Shown: one piece after another, positions 1 through 8,777 of the stretch
Position numbering within the stretch: the stretch's first letter is position 1
Layout of the letters: each line of letters begins with the position of its first letter
From: Chrysochromulina tobinii
Taxonomy: Eukaryota
Length of the DNA: 32,583 nt
Assembly (NCBI GenBank): GCA_001275005.1
Contig: JWZX01003275.1
Coordinates: 1-32,583 of the forward strand
Reading direction: 5' to 3'
Program-made: the position numbers and the translations under genes
The notes under the pieces: model-generated
Database searches by the model: none
Seen by the model: only the letters and a program-made list of their open reading frames with translations
What the model was told of the DNA's origin: nothing

Positions 1-277
1 TGTGCAGGCCGACGAGCCAGGTGCCCTTCACCGCCGCGATCGCGCCGCTCTCCACCGACGCGAGCAGCGTCTCAACGTCAAAGTAGGGATTCGGTGCGGC
101 GGCGGCGGCGCTCGCGACGCTCGTCTGCGACTGGGCCGTGGGCGGCCCGCTCGGTGATTCTTTTTTCGGAGCTCGACCTCCTCGGAGGACTCGGCGGAGG
201 ATTCGGCGGAGCATAGCGCGAATCGTGGTGGCCTCTGTCGAGGTGGAAGAGGAGCCCTTCGAGTTGGAGGCGCCCAT
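1..277 (-). CDS. 5' part of a hypothetical protein with an N-myristoylation-type start; runs off the window
   Basis: My translation from the ATG at 277 stays open to base 1: MGASNSKGSSSTST...PNPYFDVETLLASVESGAIAAVKGTWLVGLH. MGxxxS fits the myristoylation consensus. The last segment resembles N-terminal regions of haptophyte LRR ('NLRC3-like') proteins (from memory, unverified). Confidence 0.6.
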   Translation of the reverse strand, partial: MGASNSKGSSSTSTEATTIRAMLRRILRRVLRGGRAPKKESPSGPPTAQSQTSVASAAAAAPNPYFDVETLLASVESGAIAAVKGTWLVGLH

Positions 278-717
278 TTGCAAGTAACTGACGTCTGACC
301 TTGTTTGATAATGACTATTGATGAACCTCGATTAAAATTAACGAAACGTTGGCTTTTCTGAAATCTAGCGCTCTAGAGCCAGGTGAATCCACGACGTCAT
401 CTCCGACGCATGGAACCCCAGTATACCCGCAGACTTCAATCTTCTTCTATCTACTTCTATCCATGCGATGCAATCCCATCAGCAGTTCGCCTCGCGTCAT
501 CGCTACGCAACTGCCGCCTATCCGAACTGCTCCGACGCCGTCTGCCAGTCGCTCCGCCTCTGCCCGCAGCTCGCTCGGCCGCCCCATCTCCTCAAACGCA
601 GCAGGCGCGCCGCGCGAGTTGTCCCCTGCAGTGGGGTTTCAACACCGCCATCGATGGCCTTCAGAATGCAAAAGCTGGGTGAGCGTTGGCACCTCAAGCG
701 AAGAGCGCGTGGACACC

Positions 718-2802
718 TCAAGGGCGTGAATGCGTTGACACCTTGAGTTCTGATCTGTGTGGAGATACCGTGAGTTCGTAGTAGCGTGGCTGCGCCCACG
801 ACGACGCCACGGCTCCATCTGTTTCCACGGGTGCAAGAGGTCCGGCAACGGGCTCGGCCATAGACTTGTTGGCATGTGCTCGCACGGTTGGCGATGTTTG
901 CCTCGGCGGTGACAATGTTTGCCTCGGCGGTGGCGATCGGCGCGCTCGCAGCCGATTGCCTCCCTCGTGAGCCGCAGCGGGAGCAGGTAGTGGCCGTTGC
1001 GACGGGCCAAATTCATGACGAAAAATGAGCTCCGCGTCCTCTTCTTCATAGTAGCGACTGCCGCTGCGCTCAAGAAAACCATCCAGTCCAATGACCGCCG
1101 ACGTGTGGCCCGTGGGACCCTCGTCCTTCGATGGCCACTCGTCTTTGTAAGGCGACGGCAGCCGGAGCGGTGCGCGCTCCTGTGGACGTGCCCCGAAGGC
1201 TGTGGAAACGGTCGGGGCGCGAGGCCATTCAGCCATCTGGGGCGGGGGCGGGGGCGGAGGCGGGGGCGGCTGCTGCTGCTGCTGCTGTTGCTGCTGCCGG
1301 CGCTTGCGCGAGCGCTTCTCGGGGCGCCTCTGCTGCTGCTTTTGCTGCTTTTGCTGCGGCTGCTGCTGCAAGTGTGGCCAGGCTTGCTCCACGTCGGCGG
1401 TGGTGCCAAAGACTGCCTCGAGCACACGATCGAGTACGCCGGCGCGTCGCCAGCGCTGCTCTGCGTCGAGCCAGCGGCGCTCATAGTCCTGCCATTCCCT
1501 CTCGTGCCGTCGGAAGTCCTGCTCCGCCTCGGCGAACTCGTGAAGGATGCGCGCATTGACTCTCTTAAGCTCCGTCACCTGCTGCGCGTGCTTCTGGGCA
1601 CGGCTGGCGCGTTCCTCGCCTCGGCGTGCCTCGAGCTCGCGGAGCTCGCTGATCGAGGATTCGAGCCGCGGGGCCGTGAGCTCTTTGACGGCGCTGTGAA
1701 GATCGGCGTTCCAGCAGGCGAGCAGCACCTGGTAGCGCGCCCGTACGCCCCAGCGCCAAAGCGCCGCGAACAGCCGCGAGTGCCGACGTCGTCGGGCCAT
1801 CAGCGCGATCGTACTCGTCGCCTGCATCACCGCCTGGATGATCTCCCGCCAAAGTTTAAACGCCCCCTTCATCTCAATGAAGCGAAGCGGTTCCGCGGCG
1901 CGCTTATGCTTCTTCTCCACCGCGGCGCCCGCTTCCCAGATGGCAAGGGTGTCGCGCATGTGAGTGTACGCAAGCTTTCTCATCAGGTAGTTGAGTTTGC
2001 GCTCGAGCGCCAGTCGCTCGAACGCGTCGCTGAAGGCACTCTTCCACCCCACAAAGCCCCAGGTGAGGCACTCGTTCATCATCTTGCGCAAGCTCGATTC
2101 GGACTTCTCTTTGAAGAACCTTAACTCCTCTGCCTGTCCCTTCCATTGCGTGAAGGCCCACGTGGAGCTGACGTTTTTGAGGCGGCGCCCCACCAAGTCA
2201 AGGTACTGCAGCACCTTCTTCTGATAGTTTGCCTCCTCCCAATTTTCCACGAGTCGAAGAAACCCCCAGCATAAGTCCTGACTTCTTAGGGCTTTGGCAG
2301 CTTTCTGAGCCTTGAGCATTTTCTGCCCGTCGGCAGCGGCCAGCGCCTGCGCAGCGAGGTGCTCCTCATCGCGCCTTTTTTCAGCCGCAATCTTGAGCTT
2401 GTAATCCGCTAACTCGTTGAGCGCTTGCTGCGTCTCGTGGCGCGCTTGCTGCGCCTCGGCCTCCAGCGCCTCGCTCTTGCGGCGCTCCGCTTCGAGCACT
2501 CTTGCTCCAGCCCCTCGCTCCGCTTCGCTCTTGAGACGCTCTGCCTCCAACTGCTCGCGCAGCACCCGCACTTGCTCCTGCTGAAACGCATCTGCGTCCA
2601 TAACCGCGGAGAGACGCTTGCTAGTGCTCTTCAGCGAGGCCTCGAGCTCGACGATGCGCTGGTTTGCCACCAGAAGCTGTTGATCGAGCTTCTTGGCTTC
2701 GATGAGCTGTTTGGTCATCGAATCGAGCTCCGCCTCATAGTGCAGGCGCAGCGCATTCATCGCATGCGTCGGCGGAGCTGCCGAACTGACCGCCGCCGAC
2801 AT
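718..2802 (-). CDS. Coiled-coil protein with W-containing Sfi1-like repeats and polyQ/polyP tracts
   Basis: Long ORF 718..2886; the first ATG (MSAAVSS) is at 2802. It has an E/K/A/L-rich coiled-coil N-half, repeated xxFxxW motifs (WAFTQWK, WGFVGWK, AFKLWRE, LFAALWRW), Q/P runs and SPPRQ repeats near the C-terminus. Confidence 0.75.
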   Translation of the reverse strand: MSAAVSSAAPPTHAMNALRLHYEAELDSMTKQLIEAKKLDQQLLVANQRIVELEASLKSTSKRLSAVMDADAFQQEQVRVLREQLEAERLKSEAERGAGARVLEAERRKSEALEAEAQQARHETQQALNELADYKLKIAAEKRRDEEHLAAQALAAADGQKMLKAQKAAKALRSQDLCWGFLRLVENWEEANYQKKVLQYLDLVGRRLKNVSSTWAFTQWKGQAEELRFFKEKSESSLRKMMNECLTWGFVGWKSAFSDAFERLALERKLNYLMRKLAYTHMRDTLAIWEAGAAVEKKHKRAAEPLRFIEMKGAFKLWREIIQAVMQATSTIALMARRRRHSRLFAALWRWGVRARYQVLLACWNADLHSAVKELTAPRLESSISELRELEARRGEERASRAQKHAQQVTELKRVNARILHEFAEAEQDFRRHEREWQDYERRWLDAEQRWRRAGVLDRVLEAVFGTTADVEQAWPHLQQQPQQKQQKQQQRRPEKRSRKRRQQQQQQQQQPPPPPPPPPPQMAEWPRAPTVSTAFGARPQERAPLRLPSPYKDEWPSKDEGPTGHTSAVIGLDGFLERSGSRYYEEEDAELIFRHEFGPSQRPLPAPAAAHEGGNRLRARRSPPPRQTLSPPRQTSPTVRAHANKSMAEPVAGPLAPVETDGAVASSWAQPRYYELTVSPHRSELKVSTHSRP

Positions 2803-2911
2803 CTGCCAACCAAACCCCGGCCACGCGTCCCAAAAGTCCACACGTCCAACCAGGGGTGCGTCCAATCCCTGCTCGTGGACGCACACACGTCAAAAAGCAC
2901 GATTTGGCATA

Positions 2912-2994
2912 CAGTCGGGCCTGTGGGGTTCCGACGCGGACGGGGGAGGCCCGACTCCGAGCTCCGCTCCTCTTCACCTCTTCACCTCGTCGAC
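2912..2994 (+). repeat. Left terminal inverted repeat
   Basis: Matches the reverse complement of 5243..5324. The outer about 20 bp and inner about 26 bp are near-identical; the middle has diverged. Confidence 0.9.
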
Positions 2995-3069
2995 CGACAT
3001 CGGGGCACTGGTGCTGCGGCTGTAGCAGGCACTCCCAAGCACCTTGGCCTTCACTTCAGCTCTCCTTTC

Positions 3070-3850
3070 ATGCCGCCAGCTCGGCCCCGCCGCGAGACGT
3101 CGCTCTCGCGACCGCAAGACGAGCACCGCGGCGGCTCTGATGACGACGGAGAAGCTCTTCATGGTGAAGCAGGGGTGCTCGTGGCTCAAGGGGGGTAGCC
3201 GCGAAGCGGCTCGGCCGTCGGGACGGCGCGCTGGATCCCGCTCTGCCGCCGAGGCCCGTGCTCCCGCCGGCGGGGCCCCCCAACGCACCGGAGCCCGCCA
3301 CACCCCGTTTGCGTTGACGATGACGATGAGGCGGACGAGGACGCGGACGATGACGGTGATGCGGGGGTGACCGACGAGGACGACGAGGACGATTCCGATG
3401 GCATGGCGACTTCGAGGACTATTACGATGACGATGTCACCTCTGACTACAAGAACGGCGACCTGGTGCTCCTCAAGGGCCCCTACGGGAATGGTACGTAC
3501 AAGATCACCTTCGCTGCCAAGAAGCGGGGCAAGGTCAAGATGGTGCTCGCACCGCTGGCGCAGCAGATCTTGCCTCCCACATCAGAGGGGTACGAATCGG
3601 ACGTGACCGAGTACGGAGAGGGAGGCCCGAAGACTTGGCTTCATCCACGGCGGCGGTGGCAGCGAGGCGGCGGTTTGAAAACGCACGATGGACACGCTCA
3701 TGCTAGCCGGAAGAATAAGGCGATGAACACGCTCAAGCAGCCGGCCGGCGCCGTGCCCGTGGGAGCTGCGCCCATCCCCGCCTCCACCGCCGCCCTCGCA
3801 ATCGCCGCCCGTGCCGCCCCTGCCAATTGCTGGGCCGAGCTAATCATTCC
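3070..3850 (+). pseudogene. Frameshifted second (cargo/accessory) ORF inside the transposon; acidic tract plus KOW/SH3-like segment
   Basis: Coding-like pieces lie in different frames: TEKLFMVKQGCSWLKGG; DDDDEADEDADDDGDAGVTDEDDEDD; DFEDYYDDDVTSDYKNGDLVLLKGPYGNGTYKITFAAKKRGKVKMVL. Boundaries are approximate. Confidence 0.5.
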
Positions 3851-4560
3851 GTCGTCACTCGACTCCGTCGTCGTCAGGCGACGACGTCGTCGAGTGACTT
3901 CTTTTGCGTTCCCGTTCGGGAATGTAGGAATTTTAATAGATTTGTATACGGAACCGCCCGAACCGGGCCCGTCCGCTCAACAACGAACCGTGAGTCCGCG
4001 CGGGGGCGCGCCGCGGGTGACGACCGGTGTATGGGTCCGCAATCGAATTGCGTTGGTCTATGTTGGTCTTGAGAATGTTGCTTATTCACATGTTCGCTGC
4101 GTGCTTTGTTTAATCACCACTCAGTTACTCACAGCGTACGAAGGCAAAGCCACGCTTCGACCAAAGCACCGCCGTCTCTGTCATGCCTAACTTGCGGAGT
4201 AAAAGTATGGCGACGTTGCGAGCATGGGCGGCACGGGTGGCATGAAGGTCGGGCAGATAGGGCGGAATGGCGCTGGATAGCGATCGAGAGGCTGCCGCGC
4301 ACCTGCATGGGCGCCCTAAAGGAGCTCGGGAGGCCCCTCGAGCTGCCCACCCACTGGAAGGGCAGCCCGAGAGGCCGGGTGACGCAAAGACGGCTGCTGG
4401 CCTGCTTACAGGATAAGCAGGCAGCAGCCGTACGAAGCTGTCCTGATGAAGCACACAACCAGGCACTGCGGCGGCACACACGATGCGCAACGCACAGCCG
4501 CTGCGTTTCCACTTGGAAGTAGGCATTCCGAGCCGTGCTGCCGACGAGCTGCGACGCTGC

Positions 4561-5179
4561 CTACCACGCCCACGTCTCTCTGGCGGCTCGGGCCACGGTG
4601 TAGAGGCAGAGAGCCGAAATGCGGCAAACCTTGTGCGAGAGGTAGTGGTAATGAGCGCTGCAGGTAGTGCCGCGCAGCGAGTATCCGTACGAGCCCTTGA
4701 GTGCATCGTAGTCCATAGAAGTCTCGTCGAGCACGCCGAGCTCCTCGACGGAATGGTACATGAGCACCTCGCGCAGCCAGTCATTCGCACTGGTAGGCGA
4801 GCCCCCGGATCACCTTGCGTGAGTAGCCGAGTCGGGCGACGGCGCGGCAGAAGACGCTATACGAGACGAGCACGCCCGTGTCCAGGAGGAACTGAGCCCG
4901 ATGCTCCTTGAGCGTCACACGTGGTGATTTGATGATGAGTGCCACGATCTGGTGATCCTCGTAACGCGTGAGCGCGCAGGAAGCTAAAGGGTCGGCACCA
5001 TGGCCCTGGTGTGTCTTGACGTCGCCAGTCATCTCATACCGCTTGATCACGTCGTACACAAACGCGCGCGACACGTCCAGCCCATGCTCAGGGTCCGAAA
5101 TCTGCGTGACTGAGTGCCCGTATTCTCGCCAGCGCAGGATGACGCGCCACGCGAGCTCATCGGAGTAGGCGCGGGGCAT
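4561..5179 (-). pseudogene. Tc1/IS630-type transposase pseudogene (HTH plus first catalytic Asp; remainder lost)
   Basis: The ATG at 5179 gives the typical HTH region MPRAYSDELAWRVI...VSRAFVYDVIKRYEMTGDV...VSYSVFCRAVARLGYSRKVI. After a stop/frameshift near 4781 it continues LGVLDETS...SYGYSLRG...RISALCLY (first D motif), then stops at 4561. Confidence 0.85.
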
Positions 5180-5242
5180 ACGGGGCTCATGGGGGTGCTC
5201 GGGACGCCTCAGCAGCCCCCCTGTCAAGGCGAGCGTCGAGTC

Positions 5243-5324
5243 GTCGACGAGGTGAAGAGGTGAAGAGGTGCGGAGGTCGCTTCGGGCCTCCCTCTCCCAG
5301 TTTGGAACCCCACAGGCCCGACTC
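5243..5324 (-). repeat. Right terminal inverted repeat
   Basis: Reverse complement reads GAGTCGGGCCTGTGGGGTTCC...CCTCTTCACCTCTTCACCTCGTCGAC. The terminal base is mismatched against the left TIR. Confidence 0.9.
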
Positions 5325-5358
5325 TAGCGCCTAGCGCCTGATCCACGGGCCTGTACTG

Positions 5359-8043
5359 ATGACACGGACGCTCTTGTTCATCCTATGCGCGAGCGCCTCC
5401 GCGACCAGTCTCCACCGGCTGCGCGGCGGCGATGCCCCCGCCGTCGCGCCCGTCGCGCCCATCGCCTCCAACGCTATGCCCAACGTCATCACCAGCCGTC
5501 CAGCTGCTGCTTCCGTGCCGCCACCCATCTGCCATCCATCCACCTCTGCCTCTGTGGCCACCGCAATGCGCGAGGCCGTGGAGGCACGCTTCCGCGCGCT
5601 GCTCGACGGGCTAGATCCGCTGATATCGCCATCGGAGCTCGCCGACAAGGTATGCGGTGGCCTGCCCGCTGAGGGCGTGAGTGAGGAGGAGCTCAGCTCG
5701 CTTATGGCTGAGACGGCGGCGTACCAGTCGTCGATGCACCCCGACTTTGGGCGGCTGGCGGCGCGGGTTGCCGTCGTACGGCTGCAAGAATGCACTGAGC
5801 CCGGGCTCGTCGCCACGCTCCGCCGCATGCGCGAGCACACGCACCAGGGCGAGCCCGCGCCGATGGTGACGGCGGAGCTGCTGCAGCGCGCAGAGCGCAT
5901 GGCGCCGCGGCTCGAGGCGGCACTGCGGCACGATGCGGACTTTGCGTACGACTACTTCGGTCTGCGCACGCTGCAGCGCTCGTACCTGCACCGCTCGCGT
6001 GATGGTCAGCCCATCGAGCGGCCGCAGCACCTGCTGATGCGCGTGGCACTCTGCGTGCACGGCGACGACGAGGCGGCTGTGCTCGAGGCATACGATCTCA
6101 TGTCACGCGGGCTGTACACGCACGCGACGCCGACGCTCTTCAACGCGGGCTCACCGCGCCAGCAGCTTTCGTCGTGCTTCCTACTCTCCACGCGCGCCGA
6201 CTCGATCGAGGGCATCTTCGACACGCTCGGCCAGTGCGCCCGCATCTCGCGCGATGCTGGCGGCATCGGCCTCTCTGTCTCCAACGTGCGCGCGGCGCGC
6301 TCGTACATCCGCTCGAGCGGCGGCGTCTCGTCGGGCCTCGTCCCCATGCTCCGCGTCTTCGACGCCACCGCGCGCTACGTCGACCAGGGCGGCGGCAAGC
6401 GCAAGGGCGCCTTCGCTGTGTACCTCGAGCCATGGCATGCGGACGTCTTCGACTTCCTCGAGCTGCGCAAGAACCACGGCAAGGAAGAGGCGCGCGCGCG
6501 CGACCTCTTCTACGCGCTCTGGGTGCCCGACCTCTTCATGAAGCGCGTCGAGGCCAACGGCGAGTGGTCGCTCTTCTGCCCTGACGAGTGCCCCGGCCTC
6601 GTCGACACCCACGGTGCCGCCTTCGAGGCGCTGTACGAGCGCTACGAGCGCGAGGGCAAGGCGCGGCGCACCGTGCCCGCGCAGCAGCTGTGGTTCAAGA
6701 TTCTCGAGGCGCAGATCGAGACGGGCACACCCTACATGCTCTACAAGGACGCAGCCAACGCCAAGTCCAACCAGCAGCACCTAGGCACGATCCGCTGCTC
6801 CAACCTGTGCACGGAGATCATTGAGTACACCGCGCCCGACGAGGTGGCCGTGTGCAACCTCGCCTCGATCGCGCTGCCGCGCTTCGTGCGCGCCGAGGCG
6901 GGCGGCGCGCCGGGCGGCGGCAGCGGCGCGCCGTGGCTCGACGCCGAGGACGATGGGCCCGAGGTGGCCGCGGCGGCCCTCGCGCGGTTCGATTTCGAGG
7001 CACTCCGGCGTGTGGCGCGCTTCGTGACGCGCTCTCTCGATCGCGTCATCTCGGTGACGCACTACCCGCTGCCCGAGGCACGCAACTCCAACCTGCGCCA
7101 CCGGCCCATTGGCGTGGGCGTGCAAGGTCTCGCCGACGTCTTCGCGCAGCTGCGCCTCCCCTTCGAGTCCAAAGGCGCACGCGCGCTCAACCGGGCCATC
7201 TTCGAGACGCTGTACTACGCCGCACTCGAGGAGTCGTGCGAGCTCGCGCGCACGCTCGGCCCACATGAGAGCTACGCGGGCAGCCCCGCCTCGCGCGGCG
7301 TGCTCCAGTACGACATGTGGGGCGTGACGCCCTCGGCGCGCTGGGACTGGGCCGCCCTCAAGGCCAAGATTGCGACGCACGGGCTGCGCAACTCGCTGCT
7401 GCTCGCGCCCATGCCCACCGCGTCGACGGCGCAGATCCTGGGCAACAACGAGTGCTTCGAGCCGTACACGTCCAACCTGTACGCGCGGCGCACGCTCGCG
7501 GGCGAGTTCTTTGTGCTCAACCCGCACCTGCAGCGCGAGCTCTCGGCGCTCGGCTTGTGGAGCCGTGAGACGCGCGACGCCATCATCGGGAGCGGCGGCT
7601 CGGTGGAGCCGCTCGTCCAGCTTCCCGCGCGGCTGCGCGCCGTCTTCCGCACCGCGTGGGAGATGAAGCAGCGCCACCTGATCGACATGGCCGCCGACCG
7701 CGGCGCCTTCATCGACCAGAGCCAGTCGCTCAACCTCTTCATCAAGGAGCCTACCTTCACCCAGCTCTCGTCGATGCACTTCCACTCATGGAAGCGTGGC
7801 CTCAAGACGGGTCTCTACTACCTGCGCACGCAGCCCGCGACCGAGGCCATCAAGGGCCTCGGCGTTGCGCAGCAGCAGAGTGCCGCGAGCATGCCGCCGC
7901 TTCGCGAGGGTCAGGAGGGTCAGCCACCGCCGCCGCCGCAGGACGACCCCAATGGCGCTGGGGACGCGCAGAGCCTCGAGGGCCGCGCCGCGAGCTGCGC
8001 TCTGAACTCTCGGCCTGGTGAGTGTCAAATGTGCAGCGGGTAG
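5359..8043 (+). CDS. RRM1: Class Ia ribonucleoside-diphosphate reductase large subunit (R1), with an N-terminal signal-peptide-like extension
   Basis: Intronless 894-aa ORF. Motifs: HATPTLFNAG, QLSSCFL, YVDQGGGKRKG, SNLCTEI (catalytic N/C/E), VCNLASIAL, APMPTASTAQILG, GLYYLR and C-terminal CQMCSG. Confidence 0.97.
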   Translation: MTRTLLFILCASASATSLHRLRGGDAPAVAPVAPIASNAMPNVITSRPAAASVPPPICHPSTSASVATAMREAVEARFRALLDGLDPLISPSELADKVCGGLPAEGVSEEELSSLMAETAAYQSSMHPDFGRLAARVAVVRLQECTEPGLVATLRRMREHTHQGEPAPMVTAELLQRAERMAPRLEAALRHDADFAYDYFGLRTLQRSYLHRSRDGQPIERPQHLLMRVALCVHGDDEAAVLEAYDLMSRGLYTHATPTLFNAGSPRQQLSSCFLLSTRADSIEGIFDTLGQCARISRDAGGIGLSVSNVRAARSYIRSSGGVSSGLVPMLRVFDATARYVDQGGGKRKGAFAVYLEPWHADVFDFLELRKNHGKEEARARDLFYALWVPDLFMKRVEANGEWSLFCPDECPGLVDTHGAAFEALYERYEREGKARRTVPAQQLWFKILEAQIETGTPYMLYKDAANAKSNQQHLGTIRCSNLCTEIIEYTAPDEVAVCNLASIALPRFVRAEAGGAPGGGSGAPWLDAEDDGPEVAAAALARFDFEALRRVARFVTRSLDRVISVTHYPLPEARNSNLRHRPIGVGVQGLADVFAQLRLPFESKGARALNRAIFETLYYAALEESCELARTLGPHESYAGSPASRGVLQYDMWGVTPSARWDWAALKAKIATHGLRNSLLLAPMPTASTAQILGNNECFEPYTSNLYARRTLAGEFFVLNPHLQRELSALGLWSRETRDAIIGSGGSVEPLVQLPARLRAVFRTAWEMKQRHLIDMAADRGAFIDQSQSLNLFIKEPTFTQLSSMHFHSWKRGLKTGLYYLRTQPATEAIKGLGVAQQQSAASMPPLREGQEGQPPPPPQDDPNGAGDAQSLEGRAASCALNSRPGECQMCSG

Positions 8044-8777
8044 CAGCAGCGCGCTCTCAACCACATGCCGCACGCGCAGAAGAGGCTCAGAAGAGGCCAC
8101 TGGCCACGCAAGGCCGGCACCGCAACGAGAAACGCCTGACGGTTCCCAAGCTCCAAGCGCCGGGGGCTATGCCGACCTGCGCCGTCTCCCTCCGCTCCAC
8201 TTTTCCTGCTGCATCCTGGCGGTGCAGTAGGGGAGCCAACTGAGCGACATACACACTTCCTTAACACCGGCTCCGACCCTCGCCGCGCAGTGCCCGCTGC
8301 GCGTACCCCGGGGCCCGGTCTGACCGCCGGTTGGCGCGAGGCGGCACGGCGGACCCGCGCCGCGGTAACGCCGCGGTTCACCGCCCGACGTTCGTTGCTT
8401 CAGCCTTCACGTTTGCTGTCGCCCCGCCGCTTGGGTCCCGCTTGTGCGCGGCCGGGCGGTCCGACGTCCGAGGAACGTCCGAGGTCCATCCGCGGCGTCC
8501 ACGCTCCCTGTTCCGGCTCCCGCGACGACCCGACCCAGGCCGGACCGGGCGGCGCGCCGCCGCCGCCGCGGGGGCGGCCCGCGTTCGTACCGCGCGGCGC
8601 TGCGGCGCCAGCCCGCCACCTGGCCTCCGGCCGTAACAGGTTAAGGTAAGGTTAAGGTTCTGTTTCCGCACTGTTCGTTCCATTAATAATCAACACGAGT
8701 TCATACGCGACAGTGCCAAGAGCAGGTTGAGTTTGCTTCCTCAACACGTCAACGATGGCTCGGCCCTGGAGCGTGGC

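Larger units (their letters stand above)
2912..5324. mobile_element. Tc1/mariner-IS630 superfamily DNA transposon, decayed/non-autonomous, about 2.4 kb
   Basis: Imperfect terminal inverted repeats at 2912..2994 (CAGTCGGGCCTGTGGGGTTCC...CCTCTTCACCTCTTCACCTCGTCGAC) and 5243..5324. TA lies directly outside both ends (2910-2911, 5325-5326). A transposase remnant is inside. Confidence 0.9.

Noticed and set aside
349..729. 126-aa plus-strand ORF
   Set aside because: TTG start, low complexity, overlap with the end of the minus-strand gene, and no recognisable family. A small spliced gene cannot be excluded.
997..2124. Long antisense ORFs (also 10027..10977, 6781..7785, 29402..30235 and others)
   Set aside because: These are shadows of real genes, expected from high GC3 codon usage.
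4240..4290. IPPYLPDL on the minus strand, resembling the Tc1 LPPYSPDLNPIE motif
   Set aside because: It lacks NPIE, no DN..H motif precedes it, and it is separated from the first D by stops and frame changes. It may be chance.
3000..4560. Fanzor/TnpB RNA-guided nuclease as transposon cargo
   Set aside because: I found no RuvC motifs (D-PG, E, RDxNAAxN) or properly spaced zinc finger in the translated frames. The cysteine-rich stretches look incidental.
8637..8660. Telomere-like GGTTAAGG repeats
   Set aside because: Only about three irregular units, and not TTAGGG.
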